From: Myxococcota bacterium | Lineage (GTDB): Bacteria > Myxococcota > JACRCW01 | Length of the DNA: 47,094 nt | Assembly (NCBI GenBank): GCA_040752415.1 | Contig: JBFMGU010000057.1 | Coordinates: forward strand, 1 to 47,094 | Direction: 5' to 3' | In this document: positions 28,427-38,399 of the stretch, piece by piece | Numbering within the stretch: the first letter of the stretch is position 1 | Layout: the number at the start of each line of letters is the position of its first letter | The notes under the pieces: model-generated | What the model saw: the letters and a program-made list of their open reading frames with translations, nothing else | Told to the model about the DNA's origin: nothing | Databases searched by the model: none | Position numbers and translations under genes: made by a program

Positions 28427-28536
28427 TAGGTCGACGGTGCCCAGCGGTCAACCGGAAGATGTCGGGGGGAATGTTTCCGGGCTGTTTCCACGGTCCCCGG
28501 ACGTGGTCGCGGTATGGTGGAGTGGCGTTCCAGGAG

Positions 28537-29991
28537 ATGCAGATGAACCATGCCACGCTCGAGCAGAAGCTCACCACGCTCAAGGAATTCAAGACGCTGC
28601 GACCGGAGACGGTGGACAAGGTGGGTCAGCTCATCCGCGAGCTGGATGATTGGAGCCTGTTCCGCATGAACCCGGTGGCCTGGGCGGGCCAGTACGGATT
28701 CGACGCGCAGGAGCTGCTGGACGTCTTCATCCACGCCGCCAAGCTGGGCCTGCTGGATTTCAACTACAACATGATCTGCCCGCAGTGCGGCGGCGTGGAA
28801 TACAGCCACAACTCGATGAATGACGTCGAGAAGGAGAAGTTCTTCTGCGTGGTGTGCAACGTGGAGGTGCCGAGCCAGCTGGATGACCAGGTGGAGGTGA
28901 GCTTCACGCTGAACTCCGCCATCCGCGCGCTCAACCTGGATCCCTTCAAGGACCCGGACCACTACCGTCGCTACTACTTCTCCGCGAACTTCCGACGGAG
29001 CCAGCAGCTCACCGACTACGTGCAGAGCAGCATCCGCGCGTTCCAGACCGTCTCCCCGGACCGCAGCGAGAGCTTCCGCCTGGAGGTGGCCCCCGGCGAG
29101 CTCTACCGCGTCATCAGCCCGGACCAGCACAGCGCGGTGTTCGTGCACGGCGCCAAGCCCGGGGAGGACAGCCAGCAGAACGCGGAGATTGACGTGGTGC
29201 GCGGCGGGTTCTCACCCCGCGGCGTGGTGGTGACGCCGGGAGTGGCCACCATCTCCGTGCGCAACCTGACCAAGCAGCGCGTCAGCTACATGGTGGTGCG
29301 CACCGAGTTCGACCAGCTGCACAAGATCATCACCGCCCACCCCAGCCACTGCGCGCCGTTCGTCACCGGGAAGGCGCTGCTCAACACGCAGAGCTTCCGC
29401 GACCTGTTCCGCATCCAGGAGCTGGACCGCAACCTGCGCCTCAGCCTGCGCAGCCTCACCATCCTCTTCACCGACCTCAAGGGCTCCACCGAGCTGTACG
29501 ACCGCACCGGCGACATCGTGGCGTACGGCTTTGTGCAGGATCACTTCCAGGTGCTCACCCAGGCGGTGCGCGAGAACCGGGGCGCGATCATCAAGACCAT
29601 GGGCGACGCCATCATGGCCACGTTCTCGACGCCACAGGACGGCGTGAAGGCGGCGGTGGCCATGATGTCGCGCATGGAGGCCATCAACCAGCGCGTGTCC
29701 CAGATGGGCTACGAGACGGGACTGAAGATCGGCCTGCACGAGGGGCCCGCGCTCGCCGTCAACAGCGACGACCGGCTGGACTACTTCGGGCAGACGGTGA
29801 ACGTGGCGGCGCGCGTGCAGGGCCTGGCGGCGGCGGGCGAGATCTGGGTGACCACGCCGGTGTTCTCCGCCAGCGGCGTGCCGGCCATGGTGCATGACGC
29901 GGGCTACCACGAGCGTCGCCAGAGCGTTTCCCTGAAGGGTGTGGGCGCGGCGGCCGAGGTCTACCGTCTCACCCACGGCGCACAAGCCTGA
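28537..29991 (+). CDS. Class III adenylate cyclase with N-terminal Zn-ribbon-containing (DUF5939-like) domain
   Basis: CPQC...CVVC; ILFTDLKGST, KTMGDA, DYFGQTVNVAAR. The Lys/Asp pair suggests ATP specificity. Confidence 0.9.
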   Translation: MQMNHATLEQKLTTLKEFKTLRPETVDKVGQLIRELDDWSLFRMNPVAWAGQYGFDAQELLDVFIHAAKLGLLDFNYNMICPQCGGVEYSHNSMNDVEKEKFFCVVCNVEVPSQLDDQVEVSFTLNSAIRALNLDPFKDPDHYRRYYFSANFRRSQQLTDYVQSSIRAFQTVSPDRSESFRLEVAPGELYRVISPDQHSAVFVHGAKPGEDSQQNAEIDVVRGGFSPRGVVVTPGVATISVRNLTKQRVSYMVVRTEFDQLHKIITAHPSHCAPFVTGKALLNTQSFRDLFRIQELDRNLRLSLRSLTILFTDLKGSTELYDRTGDIVAYGFVQDHFQVLTQAVRENRGAIIKTMGDAIMATFSTPQDGVKAAVAMMSRMEAINQRVSQMGYETGLKIGLHEGPALAVNSDDRLDYFGQTVNVAARVQGLAAAGEIWVTTPVFSASGVPAMVHDAGYHERRQSVSLKGVGAAAEVYRLTHGAQA

Positions 29992-30115
29992 GCACGCGCT
30001 CCACCTCAAGCTCTGCCTCCGCCCGTTGGCCTTCTCGCTATCTTGCGCTTGCGCTCTGGGCTAAACACGCCGGCGCGCTCCAGGTGGCGAGGGGCGCAAG
30101 GGTCGCGCGCGCTCC

Positions 30116-31825
30116 ATGGACGTCAAGGATCTGCTGAAGCACTTGAGCCGCAAGGAGGTTCAGGAGCTGGCGTTGGCCACGGGTCGTGCACCCATGGCGC
30201 GCATCAACAACACGTACCAGGCGCTGGCCGCGGAGAAGCTCACCGACGCCGCCGTGCGCGACGCGCTCAAGATCCTCAAGGGTGAGCCGCACCTCGCCAA
30301 GGTCTCGGACAAACCCACGTCGTGGTCCTGGCAGCACGCCACGCTGGGCAAGATTGCCGTGCAGGTGGTGCTCAAGGGCACGGACCTGCAAGCGCGCGTG
30401 GTGGTGCAACGCGGCGCACCCGCACCGACGGGGAAGCCCGCTCCCGCTCCCCTGGACGACGTCAAAACGGCGGCGCCCGCTCCCGTCGAGAAGGCCAGGC
30501 CCGCACCCGCGCCGATGCCGTTGGATGTCCCCGCGCCACCCGTCGTGGCGAAAGCCGCGGAGCCACCGGCGAGCGAGCCCGAAGCGGAAGTGCTGGAGGA
30601 GGTTGCGCCCACACCACCCGCGCCGAAGGTGACGCCCGTTGGCGCGCCTCCGACGAGAACGAAGCCTTCCATCCCGCCGGGCTTCACGCTGGACATGTAC
30701 CTGCAGGGCGCGCGCAGCCTGCTGGCCAGCGATCTCCACCTGGTGGCGGACCGCCCCGTCCTGCTGCGCATTGCCGGCGAGCTCATCCCGTATGGTGAGC
30801 CCATCCCCGCCGCGGCGGTGGACGCGCTCCTTGTCCACGCGGTGCCCGACCGGCTGCAGGAGCAACTGGAACGCGACGGCAGCGTGGACTTCGCGCTCTC
30901 CCACGCCACGCTGGGCCGCTTCCGCGTGAACGTCTCGCGCCAGCGCACCGGACTGAAGGGCTCCTTCCGCGTGATCCCCACGGAGATTCCCACGCTGGCC
31001 ATGCTGGGACTGCCCGAGCAGATTGCGGGCGCCACGCATCACCACCAGGGGCTCATCATCATCACCGGCCCCTCCGGCCACGGGAAGACCACCACGCTGG
31101 CGGCCATCCTGGACATCATCAACGCGGGCACCTCGCATCACATCATCACCGTCGAGGATCCCATTGAGTTCCTGCACCCGCGCAAGCGCGCCATGATGAG
31201 CCAGCGCGAGGTGGGAGCGCACACTCGCACGTTCGCCTCTGCGCTCAAGGGCAGCCTGCGCGAGGATCCCGACGTCATCATGGTGGGTGAGCTACGCGAC
31301 ACCGAGACCGTGCGCATGGCGCTCTCCGCCAGCGAGACGGGTCACCTGGTGCTGGGAACCATGAACACGCCCAGCGCGGCCAAGACCATTGACCGGCTCA
31401 TCGACCTCTTCCCGCCCGCCGACCAGGCCCAGGTACGCACCACGCTGGCCGGCGCGCTGCGCATGGTGGTGAGCCAGCGACTCATGCCGTCGTCGACGGG
31501 GAAGTTCTCCGTGGTGGCGGCGGAGGTGCTGCCCGGCATGGTGCCGCTGTGGAACCTCATCCGCGAGAACAAGACCTACCAGATTCCCAGCCTGCAACAG
31601 CGAGGCAAGGCGCTGGGCATCATCACGCTCAATGAGTCGCTGGCCGAGCTGGTGCGCAGCGGAAGGACCACGCTGGAGGTGGCCAAGCAGAACAGCGAGG
31701 CGCCCGACGAGCTGGAGGCCATCATCACCGGCAAGCGCCCCGGAGCGGAGGCCGCACCGCCACCCAAGGAGCAGAACGCGCTCTTCCAGAAAGCGGGCGC
31801 GCTGCTGGGCAGGAAGGGAGCATGA
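30116..31825 (+). CDS. pilT: PilT/PilU-family ATPase with ~185-aa N-terminal extension
   Basis: ASDLHL, GPSGHGKTT, TVEDPIE, EDPDVIMVGELRD, WNLIRE. Confidence 0.88.
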   Translation: MDVKDLLKHLSRKEVQELALATGRAPMARINNTYQALAAEKLTDAAVRDALKILKGEPHLAKVSDKPTSWSWQHATLGKIAVQVVLKGTDLQARVVVQRGAPAPTGKPAPAPLDDVKTAAPAPVEKARPAPAPMPLDVPAPPVVAKAAEPPASEPEAEVLEEVAPTPPAPKVTPVGAPPTRTKPSIPPGFTLDMYLQGARSLLASDLHLVADRPVLLRIAGELIPYGEPIPAAAVDALLVHAVPDRLQEQLERDGSVDFALSHATLGRFRVNVSRQRTGLKGSFRVIPTEIPTLAMLGLPEQIAGATHHHQGLIIITGPSGHGKTTTLAAILDIINAGTSHHIITVEDPIEFLHPRKRAMMSQREVGAHTRTFASALKGSLREDPDVIMVGELRDTETVRMALSASETGHLVLGTMNTPSAAKTIDRLIDLFPPADQAQVRTTLAGALRMVVSQRLMPSSTGKFSVVAAEVLPGMVPLWNLIRENKTYQIPSLQQRGKALGIITLNESLAELVRSGRTTLEVAKQNSEAPDELEAIITGKRPGAEAAPPPKEQNALFQKAGALLGRKGA

Positions 31826-31828
31826 GCC

Positions 31829-32947
31829 ATGGCCCTCATTGACGCGCTCTTCGACCAGATGCTCGCCATGAAGGCCAGCGACCTCCACCTCGGCGTGGGC
31901 TATCCACCCATGGTGCGCAGCCGCGGTGAGCTCGTCCCCATCCGGGAGCACTCCGTCGACACCGCCGAGATGGAGGCGCTGCTGTTCGAGATCTGTTCGC
32001 CCGAGCAGAAGAAGCAGATCGTCGAGGAGTGGGACCTGGACTTTGCCTACGCGTTCGGTACCCGCGCGCGCTTCCGCGCCAACTACTTCTACAAGGCCAC
32101 CGGGCTGGCCGCGGTGTTCCGGGTCATTCCCTCCCAGGTGCTCAGTCTGCAGGAGCTGGGCACGCCCGACGCCATACGTCGACTCGCGGAGCGTCGTGCG
32201 GGGCTCATCCTGGTCACCGGTCCCACCGGCAGCGGCAAGAGCACCACGCTGGCGGCCATGATCAACCACATCAACCACACGCGCGCCTGCCACATCCTCA
32301 CCATCGAGGACCCGGTGGAGTTCGTGCATGTCTCGCAGAAGGCGCAGGTCACGCACCGCGAGGTGGGACCCCATGCGTCGTCGTTCGCAGTGGCCATGCG
32401 CAGCGCGGGTCGTGAGGATCCCAACGTGATCCTGATTGGTGAGCTGCGCACCACGGAGACCATGAAGCTGGCGCTGCAGCTGGCGAGCTTTGGTGTCCTC
32501 GTCTTCGCCACCGTGCACACCAACAGCGCGGCCGCCACCATTGAGCGCATCATCAACAGCTTCCCCGCGCATGAACAGCCCCAGGTGCGCGGCATGCTGG
32601 CGGAGAGCCTGGTGGGCGTGGTGGCGCAGCAGCTGCTGAAGACCGCCGACGGAAAAGGCCGCGTGGCCGCGCACGAGATCCTGATTGGCAACTCCGCCGT
32701 CACCGCCATGATCCGTGAAGGCAAGAGCTTCCAGCTGCCCAGCCTGATGCAGACCGGCACCGCGGTGGGCATGCAGACGGTGGACATGGCGCTGGAGAAG
32801 CTGGTGCGGGAAGGGAAGGTCCTGCCCGAGGTGGCGCTGGAGAAGGCCTCCGACAAGGAGCAGTTCATGCAGGTGGTCAAACGCGCGCGCGGAGAGGACC
32901 CCGGCGCCACCGACGCGGGCAGCCACGCCGCTGCCGCACACGGGTGA
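31829..32947 (+). CDS. pilT: PilT-family ATPase
   Basis: ASDLHL, GPTGSGKST, TIEDPVE, EDPNVILIGELR, GMQT.D. Confidence 0.92.
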   Translation: MALIDALFDQMLAMKASDLHLGVGYPPMVRSRGELVPIREHSVDTAEMEALLFEICSPEQKKQIVEEWDLDFAYAFGTRARFRANYFYKATGLAAVFRVIPSQVLSLQELGTPDAIRRLAERRAGLILVTGPTGSGKSTTLAAMINHINHTRACHILTIEDPVEFVHVSQKAQVTHREVGPHASSFAVAMRSAGREDPNVILIGELRTTETMKLALQLASFGVLVFATVHTNSAAATIERIINSFPAHEQPQVRGMLAESLVGVVAQQLLKTADGKGRVAAHEILIGNSAVTAMIREGKSFQLPSLMQTGTAVGMQTVDMALEKLVREGKVLPEVALEKASDKEQFMQVVKRARGEDPGATDAGSHAAAAHG

Positions 32948-32952
32948 GGCGC

Positions 32953-33405
32953 ATGACACGCAAGCCGGACCTGGTGACGTGGGAAGGATGGTTCGCCCTG
33001 GACGTGCCGCGTGGATGGCACTGGGAGGAAACCGACGGGATCATCTCCGTCTACAACCCGGAAGGCGCCGGCGCGCTCCACTTCTCCTGCCTCTACCGCG
33101 AGGGTTGCGACGAGCCCGACCTCGACGAGGTCAAGGACATGGCCCAGCGCTTCACCGACGAGCAGGGCTGGGACGTGCCCGCGGAAGACATCCACGTGCG
33201 CACGCTCGACGGGACGCCGGTGGTGGAGATGGAGCTGGTCACGCCGTCACCGGAGCCGGAATACTGGCAGGTGTGGCACCTGATTGACCGCACGCGCGCC
33301 ATCCTGGCCACCTACGTGTGCGACGCCGGCGACGAGGAAGAGGAACGCACCGTGCGCGAGAAGCTGATGAGCTCCTTCCGTTGGGACCGCAGCCACGTGC
33401 AGTAA
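32953..33405 (+). CDS. Hypothetical acidic protein (possible PsbP/Mog1-like fold, DUF3805-like)
   Basis: WFALDVPRGW start and a ...SFRW end as in PsbP-like proteins; 5 bp after pilT; good codon bias. Confidence 0.65.
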   Translation: MTRKPDLVTWEGWFALDVPRGWHWEETDGIISVYNPEGAGALHFSCLYREGCDEPDLDEVKDMAQRFTDEQGWDVPAEDIHVRTLDGTPVVEMELVTPSPEPEYWQVWHLIDRTRAILATYVCDAGDEEEERTVREKLMSSFRWDRSHVQ

Positions 33406-33540
33406 AAAGTCGCGAAGTTCTTGCGAACCAGGGTTTTCCCTGAATTGACGTCGCTAAGAATGGCGGCCACCCTGCGGTTGGTCGCCATTTTCGCGCTGGT
33501 CCCAATCGGGCCGGCGCGCCGGGCTTCGGGGGAAGCGGCG

Positions 33541-33786
33541 ATGGAACCGATCTCGTTCAAGTGGAAGCGCGGCGCCCTTTCCGTCCACCCGGGCATCACC
33601 GGCGTGTTTGCCGTGGAAGGAACGCTCTTGCGTGAAGGCATGCCCATCCGGTTGCGCGGTGTGCTGGGCAAGGTGGGACGCAACAAGAGGGCGGAGTGGT
33701 GCTTCCTGGCGCCGGGGCATGGCATGAACGGTGACCCGCTCGACGAGCACCTGGGCGAGGGCGCGGCGATTCCGGACGGAGGCTAA
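33541..33786 (+). CDS. Small hypothetical protein (81 aa)
   Basis: ATG preceded by GGGGAAG, plausible globular composition, and a TTGACG-N17-CACCCT box at 33445-33473. Confidence 0.4.
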   Translation: MEPISFKWKRGALSVHPGITGVFAVEGTLLREGMPIRLRGVLGKVGRNKRAEWCFLAPGHGMNGDPLDEHLGEGAAIPDGG

Positions 33787-33947
33787 GCACATAGCCTAAG
33801 CCAGGGTATGTGGCCCTCGCGAGGCCGCTGCCCTCCCGGATGACGAACGCCTGCTGACTTTTGCCACGCTCCGCGGCAGCGACGGCATCCCGTGGGTGGG
33901 CAAGATTTCCCTTGTGGACCGAGACAGGGGCATGGCAAGTATCAGCC

Positions 33948-34232
33948 GTGAACCGGTTTGTTGCAGCATTGTGGGCCCTGTTTCTCCTCTCGGCATGTCC
34001 CGATGACATCCTGCTTGAACCCGAGCCTCCCTCGGAGGTTCCGGGCGCCGGGCGCGACGGCGGGACCCACGCCGGCAACCACACGCCTGCCGCTGCCCGC
34101 GTGGTTTCCGGAGCGGGCCGCATGCAGTCCGGGAAACTGGTGCTGGAAGCCGAGCTGGGTGGGCCGGTGGCTGCACAACCCGTGACCCACGACAAGAAGA
34201 CGCTTGGGGCCGACAACACCCTGCAGCGCTAA
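33948..34232 (+). CDS. Small lipoprotein upstream of the fibre gene
   Basis: GTG start MNRFVAALWALFLLSAC with an LSAC lipobox; ends 15 bp before the fibre gene. Confidence 0.7.
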   Translation: MNRFVAALWALFLLSACPDDILLEPEPPSEVPGAGRDGGTHAGNHTPAAARVVSGAGRMQSGKLVLEAELGGPVAAQPVTHDKKTLGADNTLQR

Positions 34233-34247
34233 ACTCGGAGAAGCATC

Positions 34248-37200
34248 ATGAAGCGGGCATTCCTGGCCATCCTTGCGGCTCTGACGCTCTGGTCATTGCC
34301 GCTGCACGCGCAGGTTCCCGGCACGGTGGCCTTTGCGGGCCGGCTGGCCGACGACGGGCAGGCGGTCACGGCGGCATTCCCCATGCAATTCGCCCTGTAC
34401 GCAGAGGCGGAAGGCGGCAACCCGCTGTGGCAGGAGACACACGCCAGCGTTGATGTGATGGATGGGCGCTTCTTCGTGGCGCTGGGTTCGGTGACGCCGT
34501 TGGGCGACGTCTTCAACGGCACCCCGCTGTTCCTGGAGGTGGTGGTTGATGGCAATGCGATGACGCCGCGCCTTGCGGTGCAGTCGGTGCCCTATGCGGT
34601 GCGCGCGGGCTCCGCGGTGGTGGCGGACCGGGCCCTGACCGCCGACCGCCTTGGCGAGCACGGTCCCGACGACTTCCTGACGGGGCTGCAGGCCACCGCG
34701 CCGCTGCTGGTGGGCGCAGGGCCGCAACCCACCATCAGCCTGGGACCGTGCCAGGAGAATGAGATCCTCCAGTTCGTCGAGGGACAGTGGGCGTGCCGTG
34801 CCGCCAGCACCTTCGTGGGTCCCGCGGGCGAGCGGGGTGAGCCCGGACCTGCGGGGCCGCAGGGAGCCGAGGGTCCCCAGGGTCCCGTCGGTCCGCAGGG
34901 CGAGTCGGTGACGTTGGAGGAAGTGGCGCCGGGAGATGCGGTGTGCCCCGAGGGCGGCAGCCGTTTCACCGTTGGCAACACGGTGACCTACGCGTGCCAT
35001 GGCGCCGTCGGTGCGACCGGAGCACAGGGCCCGGTGGGTCCGCAGGGGCCGCAGGGCGAGGTGGGCCCCGTGGGACCGCAGGGTGAGTCCGTGCTCGCCG
35101 AGGAACTGCTGCCGGGCGACGCGGTCTGTCCCGACGGTGGCGCCCGCTTCACGGTGGGAAGCACGGTGACGTACGCCTGCCACGGCGCCACCGGTCCCGT
35201 CGGAGCGCAGGGTCCGCAGGGAGAGGTGGGCCCCCAGGGTCCCGTTGGTCCGCAGGGCGAGTCGGTGACGTCGGAGGAAGTGGTGCCGGGAGATGCGGTG
35301 TGCCCCGAGGGTGGCAGCCGCTTCACCGTGGGCAACACCGTGACCTACGCGTGCCATGGCGCCGTCGGCGCGACCGGAGCGCAAGGTCCGCAGGGAGAAG
35401 TGGGCCCGCAGGGTCCGGAAGGTCCGCAGGGCCCCACCGGCCCCCAGGGTGAGTCCGTGCTCGCCGAGGAGCTGCTGCCCGGCGACGCGGTGTGTCTCGA
35501 CGGTGGTACCCGCTTCACGGTGGGAAACACGGTGACGTACGCCTGCCACGGCGCGGCTGGTCCCGTCGGTGCGCAGGGCCCGCAAGGTGAGGTGGGGCCG
35601 CAAGGCGAGCAGGGGCCGCAGGGTCCCGTTGGTCCGCAGGGCGAGTCGGTGACGTCGGAGGAAGTGGCGCCGGGAGATGCGGTGTGCCCCGAGGGCGGTA
35701 GCCGCTTCACCGTGGGCAACACGGTGACCTACGCATGCCATGGCGCCGTCGGTGCGACGGGAGCACAAGGCCCCGTGGGTCCGCAGGGACCGCAGGGCGA
35801 AGTCGGTCCCGTGGGTCCGCAGGGTGAGTCCGTGCTCGCCGAGGACCTGCTGCCGGGCGACCCGGTCTGCCCCAATGGCGGCGCACGCTTCACGGTGGGA
35901 AGCACGGTGACTTACGCCTGTCACGGCGCCACCGGGCCCGTCGGAGCGCAGGGTCCGCAGGGAGCGACGGGGGCGCAGGGTCCCCAGGGTCCCGTCGGTC
36001 CGCAGGGTCCACAAGGCCCCGCTGGGCCGCAGGGACCGCAAGGTGACGTCGGTCCGCAGGGTCCGCAGGGTCCCACCGGGTCTCAGGGTCCTCAGGGCCC
36101 CGTCGGCCCGCAGGGCCCGGCGGGCTCGGCCAACATCAGCGGAACTACCAACAGGCTGGTGAAGTTCACCGCCAGCACCACCGGCGGCGACTCCCTCATC
36201 TCCGACGATGGCACCACCATCAGCATCAGCGGCCCGCTGCGCCTCAACGGCGGCTCCGGGACCGCGTCCGCCACCGCACCGCTGGAGATCAGCAGCGCCA
36301 ACACTCCGCGCATCAGCTTCAAGTGGAACAGCGGGACCACCGCGCAGCTCGGCGTGGATTCCGGCGGCGCGGTGCGCACCTATGACAGCGCGGGAACGGG
36401 CTATGCGCCGTTGGCCGCATCCAACATCGCCGCCAACGGCTTCCTCAACGTCGTGGCGCCCTCCGACTCCAGCGGCAATCTCCGCTTCACCGCCGCCAAC
36501 CCGTACATCGTGGCCAGCTCCTACGTGATCATCCCCGGCGGCGCCTACTTCAACAGCGGCACGGTCTACCACGAGGCACAAGCCCAATTCCGCGGCGGAA
36601 TCCACAACGACAGCAACAGCTTCCTCACGCTTGCCGGCGGCACCTCCGGCACCACCTACGTCTCGGGCAACCTGGGCATTGGCACCACCGGCCCCTCGGA
36701 ACAGGTCCACGCCACCGGCAACGTGCGCGCGGATGGCGCCGTGATCTGGGGCACCCTGCAGAGCCGGACGGAAACCAAGGACGACCTGGGCGCACTGGCG
36801 ACGCGCAGCGGCTTCTTCGAGACCAGCGCGCCGGTCAACGCGTACCCCGGCGCCAGCTCATGGCAGCACGTGCTCGACGTGCGGCACTCGAACAACGCCA
36901 ACAACTATGCCCTGCAGGTTGCGGGCAGCTTCTTTGACCAGGACCTCTGGTTCCGCAAAACCAACAACTCAGGCACCACCAGCTGGTCCCAGCTCGTTGC
37001 CGCCGGGCCGCGCCCGTGCACCGCACCGTTCAACGGCCTGGGTGTCACCATGACCGCCAGCAACAACGGCGTGACCCGCAGCAACACCCTCTGCGCCACA
37101 AACTGGATTCCACCGCAGAACTTTGTGTCGGCGCAGACCACCTGCGCGGCGCTGGGCGGTCACATCTCCACGTACCATGAGATCTACCAGCTGGCCTCGG

Positions 37201-37373
37201 CCAACGGAGGCGTGGCGGCGGTGGCACTGAACGGGGACTGGATTGGCAACCGCGCGGGAGATGACGAGGCCCTCTGCGTCAACGGCACCGACATCAACAA
37301 CTTCGACGGGATCTGCAACAAGAACAACAGCCAATGGTTCCGCTGCGTCAGCAGCAGCACGTACACGCCATGA
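34248..37373 (+). CDS. Secreted collagen-repeat fibre/adhesin with tail-fibre-like stalk and C-terminal C-type-lectin-like domain
   Basis: Signal peptide; N-domain ..AGRL...F.LY...GG..LW.E...PR....VPYA; G-x-y repeats interrupted by six 2-Cys modules; GNLGIGTT motif; C-terminal F..AQ..C...GGH......WIG...FRC. Confidence 0.88.
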   Translation: MKRAFLAILAALTLWSLPLHAQVPGTVAFAGRLADDGQAVTAAFPMQFALYAEAEGGNPLWQETHASVDVMDGRFFVALGSVTPLGDVFNGTPLFLEVVVDGNAMTPRLAVQSVPYAVRAGSAVVADRALTADRLGEHGPDDFLTGLQATAPLLVGAGPQPTISLGPCQENEILQFVEGQWACRAASTFVGPAGERGEPGPAGPQGAEGPQGPVGPQGESVTLEEVAPGDAVCPEGGSRFTVGNTVTYACHGAVGATGAQGPVGPQGPQGEVGPVGPQGESVLAEELLPGDAVCPDGGARFTVGSTVTYACHGATGPVGAQGPQGEVGPQGPVGPQGESVTSEEVVPGDAVCPEGGSRFTVGNTVTYACHGAVGATGAQGPQGEVGPQGPEGPQGPTGPQGESVLAEELLPGDAVCLDGGTRFTVGNTVTYACHGAAGPVGAQGPQGEVGPQGEQGPQGPVGPQGESVTSEEVAPGDAVCPEGGSRFTVGNTVTYACHGAVGATGAQGPVGPQGPQGEVGPVGPQGESVLAEDLLPGDPVCPNGGARFTVGSTVTYACHGATGPVGAQGPQGATGAQGPQGPVGPQGPQGPAGPQGPQGDVGPQGPQGPTGSQGPQGPVGPQGPAGSANISGTTNRLVKFTASTTGGDSLISDDGTTISISGPLRLNGGSGTASATAPLEISSANTPRISFKWNSGTTAQLGVDSGGAVRTYDSAGTGYAPLAASNIAANGFLNVVAPSDSSGNLRFTAANPYIVASSYVIIPGGAYFNSGTVYHEAQAQFRGGIHNDSNSFLTLAGGTSGTTYVSGNLGIGTTGPSEQVHATGNVRADGAVIWGTLQSRTETKDDLGALATRSGFFETSAPVNAYPGASSWQHVLDVRHSNNANNYALQVAGSFFDQDLWFRKTNNSGTTSWSQLVAAGPRPCTAPFNGLGVTMTASNNGVTRSNTLCATNWIPPQNFVSAQTTCAALGGHISTYHEIYQLASANGGVAAVALNGDWIGNRAGDDEALCVNGTDINNFDGICNKNNSQWFRCVSSSTYTP
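34899..35927 (+). repeat. Six intragenic tandem units (Cys module + collagen segment) arranged ABABAB
   Basis: Units start at 34899, 35082, 35256, 35448, 35640 and 35823. A = [22 protein letters not shown] = GESVLAE.LLPGD.VC..GG.RF. Confidence 0.95.
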
Positions 37374-37819
37374 AGACGCGCGACGTGATGCTCATGACGG
37401 TGGGGATGGCAGCGCTGCTGCTCGGCCTGGTGTTGTGGCCGCGGGCTGCGGACGTGCCTTCGCCGCCCACGCGTGCGGCGTCACCGCTTCCCGGTCAGGT
37501 GGCAGGTCCCGTCGATGCGCGGCCACAAGCGCAGAGCCGCGTCGTGATGGTGCGGGGCGCGGATGGTCAGCCGGAGCGCGTGCGCGTGGCGGGGGGCGCA
37601 GCCCACTCCACGGAACCGCTCATTCCTCCCGAGATCGTGGTGCACGTGGATTTCTCGGGTCGGGGCCAGCGCCCCACGCTGGAGCCGCTGTACCCGCCGG
37701 AGATCAGGATCCACGGGGAGGTCGCGGAGCGCCCCGGGGCACCCGCGCCGCGCGGAGTGGAGCCGCTCATCCCGCCGGAGATCGTGGTGCAAGAGGCCAC
37801 GGCGACGCGCCAGCCCTGA
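37370..37819 (+). CDS. Membrane-anchored protein with three EPLxPPEI repeats
   Basis: ATGA overlap with the fibre gene; N-terminal [32 protein letters not shown]. Confidence 0.75.
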   Translation: MKTRDVMLMTVGMAALLLGLVLWPRAADVPSPPTRAASPLPGQVAGPVDARPQAQSRVVMVRGADGQPERVRVAGGAAHSTEPLIPPEIVVHVDFSGRGQRPTLEPLYPPEIRIHGEVAERPGAPAPRGVEPLIPPEIVVQEATATRQP

Positions 37820-38203
37820 GCCGACACGTGACCAGGGAGCCACCGCGGCCAAGGGCGTCGCCCGGAGCGACCCCAGGCTGCGCGCCAGCGTCGAGACCTC
37901 GCCGCGCTGATCCGCGAGGTCGTGCGCGTCCCTGCACAGGTTGCCAACCTCGACACCGATTCCGCGCCTGGTGCTCCATCTCGGCGCGGCGATTGCTCGG
38001 GAGGCGCGCGCAAGGTGGGAGCGGCGGTCGGTTGCCACGGATTGGTGGCACCACTGGCAGCCCGAGCTGACCAGGTTAGATCACGTTAGGGATTCCACTG
38101 CGGGCCCGTCAAACCATTGGGCTGAGGGGTATTCTCGTAATCCGAGACGGACGTGAGGGCCGAGTCAAGGCACGTTGCCCATCTGGTCCTGATCGGCTTC
38201 AGT

Positions 38204-38399
38204 GGCCCACGACCTGGAGTGCGGCGGGCCCTCGCCGCCCTGGTCAGCGTCGAGAGGTTTGGACAACCGTCAAGGCTCCACGCGCCACGAGACAACGCCT
38301 CGCCCGACGTCATTGAGTCCCAGGGCCGTTCGGTCCGCTGTGAACGCGCTCGGCGCTGACCAGGGCGGCGAGGGCCAGCCGCACTCCAGGTCGTGGTCC
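38204..38399. repeat. REP-doublet/REPIN-like element, copy 1 (49-bp inverted units, 98-bp spacer)
   Basis: 38204-38252 and 38351-38399 are near-perfect reverse complements and match the units at 45082-45261. Confidence 0.9.

Noticed and set aside
33787..33947. Riboswitch (e.g. c-di-GMP-I) upstream of the fibre cassette
   Set aside because: I could not match the conserved aptamer motifs on either strand.
34818..36125. CRISPR-like repeat array
   Set aside because: The repeats are in-frame coding units with synonymous variation; there are no unique spacers and no cas genes.
37230..37373. Diversity-generating retroelement target (Asn/AAC-rich C-type-lectin end with FRC motif)
   Set aside because: I found no second copy (template repeat) and no reverse transcriptase in the window. 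Remote targeting cannot be excluded without the full genome.
37830..38156. Possible frameshifted gene remnant
   Set aside because: Short protein-like stretches occur in two frames, but with no recognisable family, start or RBS.
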